Assembly: GCA_963662315.1 (NCBI GenBank)
Contig: OY759353.1
Span: 1,952,001 to 2,016,000, forward strand
Length of the DNA stretch: 64,000 bases
From: Geopsychrobacteraceae bacterium
Lineage (GTDB): Bacteria; Desulfobacterota; Desulfuromonadia; Desulfuromonadales; Geopsychrobacteraceae
Direction of reading: 5' to 3'
A model generated the notes under the pieces. It saw only the letters and a list, made by a program, of their open reading frames with translations, did no database searches and was not told the origin of the DNA. The number at the start of each line of letters is the position of its first letter. Within the stretch, counting starts at the first letter, position 1. This document shows, piece by piece, positions 8,758-19,900 of this stretch. Position numbers and translations under genes: made by a program.

Positions 8758-10851
8758 TTAATCTAGGAGCTCAAAATCAATTCGCCGACGTACTGTATCA
8801 ACCTTGGCGACCACCACTTCAACCCGCATGCCAACTTTGAACTCTTTGCGCCGGCGCTCACCGATCAAGGCATGCCGTAGAGAGTCATAATGGTAATAAT
8901 CCCCTTCCAGACTACGCACATGAACCAGACCGTCGATAAGGGTGTCATCAAGTTCGACGAAGAAACCGAATTCTGTCACCGAAGAGATGGTACCGTAAAA
9001 CAGCTGACCAACCCGTCCGGCCATAATCTGGCAGCAACGCAACTGAATCAGATCACGCTCGGCCTGAACTGCGCGGCGTTCGGCATCGGAACACTGCTGG
9101 CCTAAAACCTTCAGTTCTGCATATTTATAGGATTCCTGCTTCGGCCGGCCGGCGAGAACCAGCTTCAGCACCCGATGAACCGTCAGATCAGGATAACGCC
9201 GAATGGGCGAGGTAAAGTGGCAATAACAGTCTGCGGCCAGACCGAAGTGACCATTGTTATCCGGAGCATAACAAGCCTGCTGCAGACTGCGTAGCAGCTG
9301 TTGATTAATCAGCCGCCCTTCCGGCCTCTCAGCAACTTCAGCCAACAGATCCTGCAGTACCTTATGCAAATTTTTTCCAATCACCAGCCCGACGCCGCAC
9401 TCAGCCGCCAATTGCTGCAACTCCTGCAACTTGACCAATTCCGGAGCTTCATGAATACGGAACAACAAGGGCCACTCTTTCTCACTTAGAAAACGAGCGA
9501 CAGCTTCATTGGCCGCCAGCATGAACTCCTCAATCATGCGGTGCGCCTGATTGCGCTGGATAGGAGCTAGATCAACCGGATGCCCCTCATCATTAAACAA
9601 AATTTCAACTTCTGGGACATCAAGGTCCAGACTGCCGCGCTGCTGCCGCATATCCGTGAGAATTGCGGCCAGTTCCGCCATCGATCGCAGTTGTTGCTGC
9701 AACTGTAGGTCAAGAGCAGATGACCCAGTATTGTCGAGACAAGCAGCAACTTCGGTGTAGGTCAATCGGGCATGGCTGCACATGACCGCCGGGTAAAAAT
9801 CAGCTGCGACAGTTGCGCCATTAGAGTCAATAACTACCTCTGCGGTCATGACCAATCGATCTTCATGAGGATTCAGTGAGCAGATACCATTGCTCAGCTG
9901 TTCCGGAAGCATGGGCAGACAATAGGAAGGGAAATAGACACTGGTACCGCGCTCCTGCGCATCAACATCAACAGGAGATCCAAGAGTTACATAGTGGGCC
10001 ACATCGGCGATACAAACCCACAGGCGGTAGTTTCCATCAGCTTCTTTACGAACCGCAACAGCATCATCAAAATCACGTGCCGTTTCACCATCGATGGTAA
10101 CCAGCGGGAGCTGGCGAAGATCTGTCCTCCCGGTTATGCTGTCTGGGCCGACCTGTTGTGGAACCTGATTCGCATGCTCCAGCGCTGCAGAAGAAAACTG
10201 ATGGGGCAGATGATGGATACGGATGACCGTCTCGATATCAACCTGCGGATCGTCAGCCAGGCCAAGAGTTTCCGTAATCTGACCGGATGCTGGCACATCG
10301 CCGCTGCCGTAACGCTCGATACACACCTGAACGACACTCCCCGCTACAACATCCTTGCTTTTTCCAATCATAATTGGACCCCGGATATGTTTCTCCAGCG
10401 GCCAAACCAAACTGCGACCGGAACGCTTTTGTAAGGTCCCAAGCACACTCACATGAGCACGTTCCACAATGCGGATGATCTTACCGTAAGGACGTCGATC
10501 ATAGGAAGACACTCCGCAGCTGGCAACAACCCGATCACCATTCATGGCGCTGCTGACGAAACGAGCAGGAACAAACAAATCCTCAAGCTCCTGATTATCG
10601 GGTCGGATAAACCCGTAACCCTGTTCCGCCAGAGAAAAAATCCCCTCCAATGTGCGGGTCTGTTTTTTGATGCGATACTGCCCACGCCTCTCATCCAGCT
10701 GGTCACTGGCAACCAGTTGATCAAGAATCTTGGTCAGTATTTTTCGCTCGCCACCCCGCAATTCAAGACGATCAGCGATTTCCCTGCGGGTCAGGTTGCT
10801 ATTACGTCGCTGGTTAAGCAGCGCGATAATTCTCTGTTCAAAAGGATGCAT
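8758..10851 (-). CDS. rnr: Ribonuclease R
   Basis: VTIDGETARDFDDAV, IEEFMLAANE and HFTSPIRRYPDL motifs; N-terminal HTH/cold-shock domains and C-terminal S1 domain. Confidence 0.92.
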   Translation of the reverse strand: MHPFEQRIIALLNQRRNSNLTRREIADRLELRGGERKILTKILDQLVASDQLDERRGQYRIKKQTRTLEGIFSLAEQGYGFIRPDNQELEDLFVPARFVSSAMNGDRVVASCGVSSYDRRPYGKIIRIVERAHVSVLGTLQKRSGRSLVWPLEKHIRGPIMIGKSKDVVAGSVVQVCIERYGSGDVPASGQITETLGLADDPQVDIETVIRIHHLPHQFSSAALEHANQVPQQVGPDSITGRTDLRQLPLVTIDGETARDFDDAVAVRKEADGNYRLWVCIADVAHYVTLGSPVDVDAQERGTSVYFPSYCLPMLPEQLSNGICSLNPHEDRLVMTAEVVIDSNGATVAADFYPAVMCSHARLTYTEVAACLDNTGSSALDLQLQQQLRSMAELAAILTDMRQQRGSLDLDVPEVEILFNDEGHPVDLAPIQRNQAHRMIEEFMLAANEAVARFLSEKEWPLLFRIHEAPELVKLQELQQLAAECGVGLVIGKNLHKVLQDLLAEVAERPEGRLINQQLLRSLQQACYAPDNNGHFGLAADCYCHFTSPIRRYPDLTVHRVLKLVLAGRPKQESYKYAELKVLGQQCSDAERRAVQAERDLIQLRCCQIMAGRVGQLFYGTISSVTEFGFFVELDDTLIDGLVHVRSLEGDYYHYDSLRHALIGERRRKEFKVGMRVEVVVAKVDTVRRRIDFELLD

Positions 10852-10910
10852 AAAAACTGTAGCTTTCTATAAAATGCTGGCGTCACCATTGAAAAAACAG
10901 CCGTGGGATA

Positions 10911-11348
10911 TCAACCCAGGTGCTGTAACGTCCATTGAACAATAGCGCTTGAACTAAGAGCGCCACTTTGACGGGCCACTTCCATGCCGTTGCGAAACAG
11001 TACCAGCGTGGGAATCGAGCGAATATTATAACGTCCGCCGATTACACCATCCTGCTCAGTATTCAGCTTGGCCAGTCGCACGCGTGGTTCCAGCCGCCCG
11101 GCGGCTTCGGCAAACGCCGGTCCCATCATCTTGCAGGGCCCACACCAGGGCGCCCAGAAATCAACCAGCAGCGGAAGTTCATTTTTCTGCACAAAACGAT
11201 CAAAGTTTGCTGCGCTAAGCTCTACTGGCGTACCGCCAAACAACGGTTTCTTACAGTGTCCACAACGCGGTTGGTCGGTAAGATTTTGCCCAGCGACTCT
11301 ATTGATAGTCCCGCACGCGGGACAAATAATATGGATTGCGGCACCCAT
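10911..11348 (-). CDS. trxC: Thioredoxin 2 (zinc-finger thioredoxin)
   Basis: N-terminal CPAC...CGHC zinc motif plus WAPWCGPC active site. Confidence 0.9.
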   Translation of the reverse strand: MGAAIHIICPACGTINRVAGQNLTDQPRCGHCKKPLFGGTPVELSAANFDRFVQKNELPLLVDFWAPWCGPCKMMGPAFAEAAGRLEPRVRLAKLNTEQDGVIGGRYNIRSIPTLVLFRNGMEVARQSGALSSSAIVQWTLQHLG

Positions 11349-11530
11349 AGGACTCTCTCTTAACAAGTAGAATTATGAGATCGATATAAACAATTAAATA
11401 AACCATCTCAAAGGATACATCAGTCACAGGTGATATGCTATATTTGACTGAAATTAGTAATATTTGAAAAAACTGGCACCTTTTGCCAGATCTCTGCCAT
11501 TTTGCTTGCAAAAAAAGGAGACGGTTGGCT

Positions 11531-12172
11531 ATGTTCTGTCGTTATGCTTCAGCAAAAATCTGCTGCTGTGTATTTATCACCTGCGCTGTTCTTAGTTCGC
11601 TTGCTTATGCTCAGGAGTCATCAACACTGAATCATCCACCCAGCATATCAGAAATCAATTTAGCCAATCCTCAGATTCATAAAGGAATCGACATTGAACT
11701 TCAACCTGTTGCTACAGATCAGGAAGAAGATCCGATCTCTTTTACATACCAGTGGTTTATCAACGGAGTTGAAGTTCCTGACAACAACACAGCTGTTCTT
11801 CCTCGGGACCTCTTTAGTCGTGAGGACAGAATCGCAGTTATGATTACCCCGAGTGATGGGAAGGATACCGGCCCAACTTTCACAACCAAAGAATTCGCGA
11901 TTCCCAATGCACCACCACATCTCTCTACAGCTAAAGCACCAGCATTTGACGGTTCCACGCTTGAGTATCAAGTTGAAGCCAGTGATCCCGATGGCGACCG
12001 GTTAAGCTACTCAATATCCGGTGCTCCGGAAGGGATGACAATAGATTCACGAAGCGGGATGCTCAGCTATGTCAGAAAGCCCGGAGACCAGGGCACCTAC
12101 AATATTGATATTATTATTAGTGACAACCTTGGTGGAGTAACAACAGCGTCTTTTACCCTGACGTTAAATTAA
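11531..12172 (+). CDS. Secreted protein with tandem Ig-like/cadherin-like domains
   Basis: Signal peptide ending LAYA. NHPP...D.EEDPISFTYQW and NAPP...ASDPDGDRLSYSI.GAPEGMTID repeats. AAGGAG RBS. Confidence 0.75.
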   Translation: MFCRYASAKICCCVFITCAVLSSLAYAQESSTLNHPPSISEINLANPQIHKGIDIELQPVATDQEEDPISFTYQWFINGVEVPDNNTAVLPRDLFSREDRIAVMITPSDGKDTGPTFTTKEFAIPNAPPHLSTAKAPAFDGSTLEYQVEASDPDGDRLSYSISGAPEGMTIDSRSGMLSYVRKPGDQGTYNIDIIISDNLGGVTTASFTLTLN

Positions 12173-12300
12173 CTGGCTTAAAATTATACTGTCATAGTTA
12201 TTTATATGTCGCCGTGCGTTCGAGTAAAGACAAGTTCTCTGTATCAGGAGAATACGGAACCAGCATATGTTTCAGATAAAAACCCGAGATAGGAACAACC

Positions 12301-14142
12301 GTGAGAATGCCCCCCCTGCCAACAGATAACAATCCACCACCAAAGCGGTTACTCGACCTTTTTCGTTACAGCCAACGGGCTCTGGGCCTGGTGTGGTCAA
12401 CCAGTGCCAGACTGACGATTGTGTTTGCCCTGCTGACCCTGGTGGTCGGGGTGCTCCCGGCAGCTGTTGCCTGGATAGGCAAACTTATCGTTGATGGTGT
12501 TGTCGCGGCGATGACTCTGCACCAGCAAAGCGGAGCCGTAGATACCAGCGCCGTGCTGTTTTACGTTATCTATGAAGCCGGAATTGTTTCTCTGATTGCC
12601 GGCGGTCACCGCGGTATATCCGTGTGTCAAGCTCTGCTGAGAGCTCTGATGGCGCAGAAAATCAACTTGATGATTCTCGAAAAGGCTCAGCAGCTGAGCC
12701 TCAGGCAATTCGAAGATTCTGAATTTTACGACAAGCTGACCCGTGCCCGACGGGAGGCATCCACCCGGCCATTGAGTCTGGTAACCGGAACCTTTGGCCT
12801 GGTCCAGAATGCAATCTCCCTGGTCAGCTACGCGGTCCTGCTTATTCAATTTTCGCCAATAACCGTAGGCATCTTGATTATCGGTGGCATTCCTGAATTT
12901 CTGGCTGAAGCCAAATTCTCCGGGGACAAGTTCCGACTGTTCCGTTTTCGTTCGCCGGAAACACGTATGCAACTCTACCTGGAAACGGTTCTCGCCCGCG
13001 AAGATTACGTCAAAGAAGTCAAACTGTTCCAGTTGGCGGACCGCTTACTACGCCGCTATACGGATATTTTTTCCCGTCTGTACGCTGAAGATCGTCGCCT
13101 GACACTGCGCCGCGATTTGTGGGGTTTCATTTTCGGCCTACTCGGAAACGTCGCCTTTTACGGTGCCTATGCCTGGATTGCCATTGCGGCTATCCAGGGA
13201 GAGATCAGCCTGGGCCAGATGACCATGTACCTGCTGCTGTTCAAACAGGGACAATCAGCCGTCTCCGCAAGCCTGAAAGCGATCAGTAGCATGTATGAAG
13301 ACAATCTTTACCTGTCGAACCTTTATGAATACCTCGAACAGCCTGTTCCCGCCGAACAGGGGACCCTGAAGGTCGGTCCTCTGCCAGGGGACGGAGTCCG
13401 TTTTGAAGATGTTTCATTTCGCTATCCCGATAGTGAACAGGCCGCTCTGCAACAGGTCAATCTTCGCCTGAAACCGGGGGAAAGCCTGGCTCTGGTCGGA
13501 GAAAACGGTTCAGGGAAAACGACCTTGATTAAACTGCTCACCCGCCTCTACCAACCCAGTTCAGGCCGGATTCTCCTTGATGGACTGGATCTGCGGGAAT
13601 GGGACAGCCAGACCCTGCGTGAACGTATCGGGGTTATTTTTCAGGATTTCGGCCGCTACCAGTTCCTGGTTGGTGAAAATATCGGTGCGGGCGATGCCCA
13701 GCATTTTGAGGATCGCGCCGCCTGGCGGGAAGCCGCTCACAAAGGAATGGCCGACGAATTTATCGATCACCTTCCCCAACAGTATGAAACCCAGCTCGGC
13801 AAATGGTTTAAAGGGGGACGGGAATTATCCGGTGGTCAGTGGCAGAAGATCGCTCTGGCCCGCGCCTTCATGCGCACTAAAGCCGATATTCTGGTTCTTG
13901 ATGAACCGACAGCCGCCATGGACGCTGCGGCAGAAGCGACCATTTTTTCCTATTTCCGGGAGTTGAGCAAAGGGAAAATGACCATTCTCATATCCCACCG
14001 TTTCTCAACGGTACGTATGGCTGATCAGATTATTGTCATTGACCAGGGGCAGATTATTGAACACGGCAATCATGACCAGCTCATGGCCCGGGATGGTCAA
14101 TATGCCCATCTTTTTTCGTTACAGGCCAAAGGATATCAATAA
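12301..14142 (+). CDS. ABC exporter, fused permease/ATP-binding protein
   Basis: Transmembrane N-terminal half; Walker A GENGSGKT, signature LSGGQWQK, Walker B ILVLDEPT and ISHR H-loop. Confidence 0.92.
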   Translation: MRMPPLPTDNNPPPKRLLDLFRYSQRALGLVWSTSARLTIVFALLTLVVGVLPAAVAWIGKLIVDGVVAAMTLHQQSGAVDTSAVLFYVIYEAGIVSLIAGGHRGISVCQALLRALMAQKINLMILEKAQQLSLRQFEDSEFYDKLTRARREASTRPLSLVTGTFGLVQNAISLVSYAVLLIQFSPITVGILIIGGIPEFLAEAKFSGDKFRLFRFRSPETRMQLYLETVLAREDYVKEVKLFQLADRLLRRYTDIFSRLYAEDRRLTLRRDLWGFIFGLLGNVAFYGAYAWIAIAAIQGEISLGQMTMYLLLFKQGQSAVSASLKAISSMYEDNLYLSNLYEYLEQPVPAEQGTLKVGPLPGDGVRFEDVSFRYPDSEQAALQQVNLRLKPGESLALVGENGSGKTTLIKLLTRLYQPSSGRILLDGLDLREWDSQTLRERIGVIFQDFGRYQFLVGENIGAGDAQHFEDRAAWREAAHKGMADEFIDHLPQQYETQLGKWFKGGRELSGGQWQKIALARAFMRTKADILVLDEPTAAMDAAAEATIFSYFRELSKGKMTILISHRFSTVRMADQIIVIDQGQIIEHGNHDQLMARDGQYAHLFSLQAKGYQ

Positions 14143-14289
14143 CATTTTCGAGAGCTTGAAATAGGCCTTATCATAGCACCCCAAAAATAATTCACCCCGC
14201 TAAAATGGATATTGCCAAACGCTGCAAGTTGCCCTAATCTCACGCAAACTCCTATCATTTGGCGGGCTATGATGATCTTTGCAATGCGC

Positions 14290-15786
14290 ATGACCTTCAC
14301 ACGTCGACCAGGCATTCCATGCGGATGTCCTCCATTCCGCATAGCGATCATGCTGATTATTCTGGCGACGCTTGTCTCCTGTTCTCCGGTCGGACCTGAC
14401 TATATTCATCCTGAACCAGCGGTTCTTACTGCATATAGCGTCCAGACAGCCCCTGTCCAGGACATCCTCAGCGCCACAGAACTGGTCTCCTGGTGGCAGC
14501 TCTGTCACGATGAACTGCTGACCAGCCTGATTGTCCAGGCGCTGGAAAACAACTCTGATCTCAGAATTGCCGAACTGCGGATTCGCCAATCCCGGGCTGA
14601 ATACCGCATGGCAACAGCCAACCAAGCTCCTGGCATTGATACAAAAGGGTCATACACCTCAAGTCGCCGCAGTGAAAATATCCTCGGCAGCACCAGAGGA
14701 ACAACCCAGGAACTGTTTGACCTCAACCTGGATGTCGCCTGGGAACCGGATTTGTTCGGTGCCATTCGCCGTACAGCAGAACAGGCTGAGGCCCTGCTTG
14801 ACGCCGTGCGGGAAAACCGCAACGCCGTTCAGGTAGCCTTACTCGCAGATATCGCCTTGAACTATTTCGAACTCAGGGGGAACCAACAGCTCCTGCAAAC
14901 CAGCCTCGCCAACATTCGGGTTCAGGAAGAGACCCTGGCCCTGGCAACCGGCCTGCTGCAAAGTGGTTTAGGTAACCGGCTTGACGTTGCACAGGCCCAA
15001 ACCCAGGTCGACCTGAGCCGCTCACGTTTACCGGCTCTGCACAATAACATCGACCAAACCACCTTCCGGCTGGCGCTGCTGGTTGGCATCGCACCATCTC
15101 AGCTCCCCCGGAACCTGCAAACACTGAAAGACCTCCCGGTTCTGCCCACCCAACTACCACAGCTGCTGCCTACTGAGCTGGTCCGCCGCCGCCCGGATAT
15201 CCGCCAGGCAGAGCAACAGTTAATTGCCGCCAATGCGGCAATTGGTGTTGCCATAGCTGACCTTTACCCCAGAATCTCATTGTCTGCAGTTCTCGGGTTG
15301 CAAAGTATTCACCTCACCGATCTGCTCCAGTTCGGCAGCCGCTACTGGAACGCCGGTCCAACTATCAACTGGTCACTATTTGATGGTGGCAGAATCCGCG
15401 CCAATATTGAACGGCAACGAGCAGCTTCCGCCAGCGCTGAAGAACGTTACCGCCAGGTGGTCATCACAGCCCTGAACGAAGTTGAACGCGCGGCAACTGA
15501 ATTACACCATGAACAAAATACTTACCAGGCTTTGGAAAAAGCCAAGGCAACCGCAGTGAATGCAGTCGACCTTGCGACAGGCCGCTATCGCAGTGGCCTG
15601 ACCGATCTTTCCGAAGTGCTGGGGAGTGAGCGGACCCTGTTTCAGCTGCAGGAACAACTCATTACCAGTCACCGGAAACTGGCTGCAGATACGGTGCTAC
15701 TTTATAAAGCATTCGGGGGTGGCTGGTCTGTTCCCAACGTTCCCAACGTCCCCCACGTCACCCCGACAGAGGATCATCCGAAATGA
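14290..15786 (+). CDS. Outer membrane efflux lipoprotein (NodT/OprM family); start codon uncertain
   Basis: Lipobox LVSC followed by VGPDY; WEPDLFG, RRPDIRQAE and LYKAFGGGW motifs. Confidence 0.88.
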   Translation: MTFTRRPGIPCGCPPFRIAIMLIILATLVSCSPVGPDYIHPEPAVLTAYSVQTAPVQDILSATELVSWWQLCHDELLTSLIVQALENNSDLRIAELRIRQSRAEYRMATANQAPGIDTKGSYTSSRRSENILGSTRGTTQELFDLNLDVAWEPDLFGAIRRTAEQAEALLDAVRENRNAVQVALLADIALNYFELRGNQQLLQTSLANIRVQEETLALATGLLQSGLGNRLDVAQAQTQVDLSRSRLPALHNNIDQTTFRLALLVGIAPSQLPRNLQTLKDLPVLPTQLPQLLPTELVRRRPDIRQAEQQLIAANAAIGVAIADLYPRISLSAVLGLQSIHLTDLLQFGSRYWNAGPTINWSLFDGGRIRANIERQRAASASAEERYRQVVITALNEVERAATELHHEQNTYQALEKAKATAVNAVDLATGRYRSGLTDLSEVLGSERTLFQLQEQLITSHRKLAADTVLLYKAFGGGWSVPNVPNVPHVTPTEDHPK

Positions 15787-16946
15787 CACATCCATCGCTG
15801 GCAAAACCATTCTGGTCCATTCAGATACTGATCATTGTGCTGAGCATATGGCTTCCCCTGTCCGGCTGTTCCACAACGGAAAAGGAATCTCAGGACCCTG
15901 GGAAAAAAACTGCTGGCCGAGCTGTGGCCGTTTCCACAGCGACTGCGACCAAAGCCGATGTCCCCGTTGAATTAACCACGGTCGGTAGCGTTGAGCCCTA
16001 CGCGGCAGTCGCCGTAAAAACCCAGGTGACAGGTATTCTGCAGAACGTCGCCTTCCGTGAAGGGCAGCAAGTCAAAAAGGGCGACATCCTGTTTACCATC
16101 GACAAACGCCCCTTTGCGGCCCGCGTTGCCCAGGCAGAAGCAACCCTGGCGAAGAATCAGGCAGCCCTGGCTAATGCCCGCCGACAGGCACAACGTTATC
16201 AAAGCGCCGTTGCCAGTGGTTATGTCTCCAGTGAGCAGGCCGACCAAGCCCAGACCAGTGTCGCGACCCTGCAGGCGACTGTTCTTGCCGATGAAGCAGC
16301 AATCACCAATGCCCGGATTGATCTGGACAATTGTATTATTCGTGCGCCGATCAGTGGCTACACCGGAGCGCTGATGGTCGACGAGGGGAACCTGGTGAAA
16401 GCGTCATCAGAACAGTCCCTGGTAACGATTAATCAGCTCACGCCGGTAAAAGTCAGCTTCACCCTCCCGGAGCAGCATCTCGCCGAAATCAGAAGGCGTA
16501 TCGAGACACAGGAGCTGACCCCCCAAATTACCAATCCGCAGCAACCGGAGCAGATATTGACAGGGAAAGTTTCCTTTTTCGATAATAGCGTCGATCCTCA
16601 AACAGGAACAATCAGGCTGAAAGCAGATTTCCCCAATAGCCGCCAGGAACTCTGGCCCGGGCAATTTTTGCCCGTCATCATCCGCCTCACTATCATGGAA
16701 AACGTCACGATCGTCCCTACCCGTGCCGTACAAAGCGGGCTGAGCGGTTATTATGCCTTTATCATCAATAAAGACCAGAAAGCCGAACTGCGTCAGGTTG
16801 AAATTGTTTTCAGCAATCAGGACGTGTCTGTCGTTGCGGCGGGAGTGCAGGAGGGGGAAGTGGTGGTCACCGACGGTCAGCTACGGCTGCGTGCCGGTGC
16901 GATGGTTAAAATTGTTGAAACCGATCAGAAGGAGAGCCGGCAGTGA
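15783..16946 (+). CDS. RND efflux membrane fusion protein (MdtA-like)
   Basis: EGQQVKKGDILFTID, IRAPISG and DNSVDPQTGTI motifs; ATGA overlap with the OMF gene. Confidence 0.9.
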   Translation: MTHPSLAKPFWSIQILIIVLSIWLPLSGCSTTEKESQDPGKKTAGRAVAVSTATATKADVPVELTTVGSVEPYAAVAVKTQVTGILQNVAFREGQQVKKGDILFTIDKRPFAARVAQAEATLAKNQAALANARRQAQRYQSAVASGYVSSEQADQAQTSVATLQATVLADEAAITNARIDLDNCIIRAPISGYTGALMVDEGNLVKASSEQSLVTINQLTPVKVSFTLPEQHLAEIRRRIETQELTPQITNPQQPEQILTGKVSFFDNSVDPQTGTIRLKADFPNSRQELWPGQFLPVIIRLTIMENVTIVPTRAVQSGLSGYYAFIINKDQKAELRQVEIVFSNQDVSVVAAGVQEGEVVVTDGQLRLRAGAMVKIVETDQKESRQ

Positions 16947-19900
16947 ACATATCGGCTCTTTTCATCCGCCGTCCGGTCATGACCAGTCTGGTCATGCTGG
17001 CGATCATGATTTTTGGTGCCTTTTCTTACAACCTATTGGCGGTCAACGATCTGCCTAATATTGATTTTCCGACCATTCAGGTCAGTGCCAGGCTCCCCGG
17101 GGCAAGCCCGGAAACCATGGCCAGTGCTGTAGCTACACCACTGGAAAGGCAGCTGTCGACCATTGCGGGAATCGACGCTCTCAGTTCAACCAATGGTGAA
17201 GGATCAACCATTATCACCATCCAGTTTGCCATGGAACGGGATATTGACGCTGCCGCCCAGGACGTTCAGGCCGCTGTTTCACAAGCCGCGCGGCGACTCC
17301 CCAAGGAGATGACCTCGCCGCCCTCGGTTCGTAAGGTCAATCCTGCAGCATCATCGATTCTCTACCTGGCTTTAAGTTCCAAGTCGATGGCTCTGTCGGA
17401 TGTCTTTGAATACGCTGACACGACCATCGTTCCGCGCATTTCCATGGTTAATGGTGTCGCCCAGGTCAATGTCTACGGTTCACAGAAATTCGCTGTGCGT
17501 ATCGGCCTCGATCCACTCAAACTGGCAAGTCTGAATATCGGCGTCAACGAGGTGGAAAAAGCCCTCGGTGGCTGGAATGTCAACCTGCCAACAGGTGGGT
17601 TGGAAGGCAAAAGTCAGTCCTATACCATTCAGGTCAGCGGCCAGCTGTATAATGCTGAAGCATTCAAGCAAGTGGTCATCGCCTATCGCAACCAGGCCCC
17701 GATCCGTCTGCAAGATGTTGCTACCGTTGAAAACAGTGTCGAGAACAATCGCGTTGCGGCCTGGTTTTATACCAAACAGAGTACTGATCGTGCCGTCATC
17801 CTGGCGATTCAGCGCCAGCCTGGCACCAACACCATTGCCGTAGTCGACCGCATCAGAAGTCTGTTTCCTGATTTGCAAAGACAACTTCCCGGCGGCGTAG
17901 AATTGCAGCTAATGTACGACCGTTCCGGCTCGATCAGAGAGTCGGTGGCCGAGGTCAAATTCACCCTGATCCTGACGGTCTGCCTGGTTATTATGGTGAT
18001 ATTCCTGTTTCTGCGCAATCTGCCGGCCACCGTCATTCCCAGCCTGGCCCTCCCCTTGTCGGTAGTTGGCACCTTTGCCGCCATGTACCTGCTCGACTTT
18101 TCCATCAACAACATCACGCTGATGGCCCTCACCCTGTCGATCGGTTTTGTTGTCGATGACGCCATCGTCATGCTGGAGAATATTATCCGTCATATGGAGC
18201 ACGGCACGCCATCCCGTGAGGCCGCCTTTAAGGGGTCCCGAGAGATAGGTTTTACCATTTTATCCATGACCATCTCCCTGGTTGCCGTCTTTATCCCGGT
18301 CCTGTTTATGGCCGGCATGCTGGCCCGCATGCTGCACGAGTTTGCCGTTACCATTTCCGTGGCCATTCTCATTTCAGGATTTGTTTCCCTGACCCTGACT
18401 CCGATGCTGTGCAGCCGCTTTCTGAAACCCTACTCAGACAAAAAGCACGGATTCCTCTACAACCTGATGGAACGCTTCTTTGCCGGCTGGCTGCGCCTGT
18501 ATGAATTATCGCTGAATCGAATCCTGCGCTGGCGACGTACCATTCTGATTCTGACTATCCTGCTGACCATCCTGACCGTCTGGATGTTTACCCGCATACC
18601 CACCGGCCTCTTCCCCCCGGATGACACGGGTTCCTTACGGGCCAGTACCGAGGGTACCCAGGGGGTATCTTTTGAAGAGATGAAACGCAATCAGGCCTTA
18701 CTGGCCGATATCATCATTCAGGATCCGGATGTTGAAGCTTTCATGTCCTCAGTTGGTGCTGCCGGATCGCGGGTTGGCTCCAACACCGGCTTTCTGTTTA
18801 TCAGGCTCAAAGAACGACAGAACCGGAAGGCCAATGCCGACCAGATTATTCAACGGTTACGTCCTAAGCTTAACGGTATTCCCGGTATTCGGATTTTTCT
18901 GCAGAACCCGCCGCCCATCCGCCTTGAGAGTAAACGCTCCAAGGCCCAGTACCAGTTTGTCATGCAGAGCCCTGACACGGCCGACCTGTACTCCAGGGCT
19001 GCTGAATTTGAAGACAAGTTGCGGGACATACCATTGCTGCAGGATGTCAATTCAGATCTCGAAATCAAAAGTCCGCAGCTGAATCTTCAGATTGATCGTG
19101 ACCGTGCAGCCATCCTCGGTGTCAGTGCCGAGCAGATTGAAACAACGCTCTATTCGGCGTTTGGGTCACGACAGATTTCGACCATTTATACCGATACCAA
19201 CCAGTACCAGGTGATTATGGAATTGCAGCCTCAATACCAGACCGATTCAGGCTCTCTTGAGCTGCTTTACGTCAGGGCCAGTAGCGATGAACTGGTACCA
19301 CTAACAACACTGGTCCATATTACCAGTGGGCTGGGACCGTTATCGGTCAATCACGAAGGTCAGATTACCGCCGTGACCTTCTCTTTCGATCTGCGGCCAG
19401 GGGTTCCGCTAAGTGAAGCAGTCACTGCCATCGAGGACCTCGCCCGCAGCCTGCCTGCCTCTTTCACGACCGGATTTCAGGGTGCCGCCCAGGTTTATCA
19501 GGCATCAACCAAAGGGCTGGCACTGTTGTTGATTCTATCAATCGTCGTCATTTATATCGTGCTGGGGATTCTTTACGAAAGCTACATTCATCCCCTGACC
19601 ATTTTGTCTGGATTACCAGCCGCCGGGTTTGGCGCATTACTGACCCTGATGCTTTTTAAAACCGAACTGAATCTGTATGCGTTTGTTGGTATTATTATGC
19701 TGGTCGGAATTGTCAAAAAAAATGCGATTATGATGATCGATTTCGCTCTTGAGGCGCAACGCAAGGACGGACTGGCTCCTTTGGAGGCGATTTACCGTGG
19801 CTGTCTGATCCGTTTTCGCCCCATTATGATGACAACCATGGCCGCGCTGGCCGGAACCTTGCCAATCGCCATCGGCATTGGTGCCGGAGCAGAATCACGC

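Noticed and set aside
11473..11489. TGGCAC...TTGC as a sigma54 promoter
   Set aside because: The GG-to-GC spacing is 8, not 10. It is only a short palindrome, CTGGCA-N5-TGCCAG.
15731..15760. 9-bp tandem repeat encoding VPNVPNVPHV
   Set aside because: Short and degenerate, in the variable C-terminal tail of the outer membrane factor; unlikely to matter.
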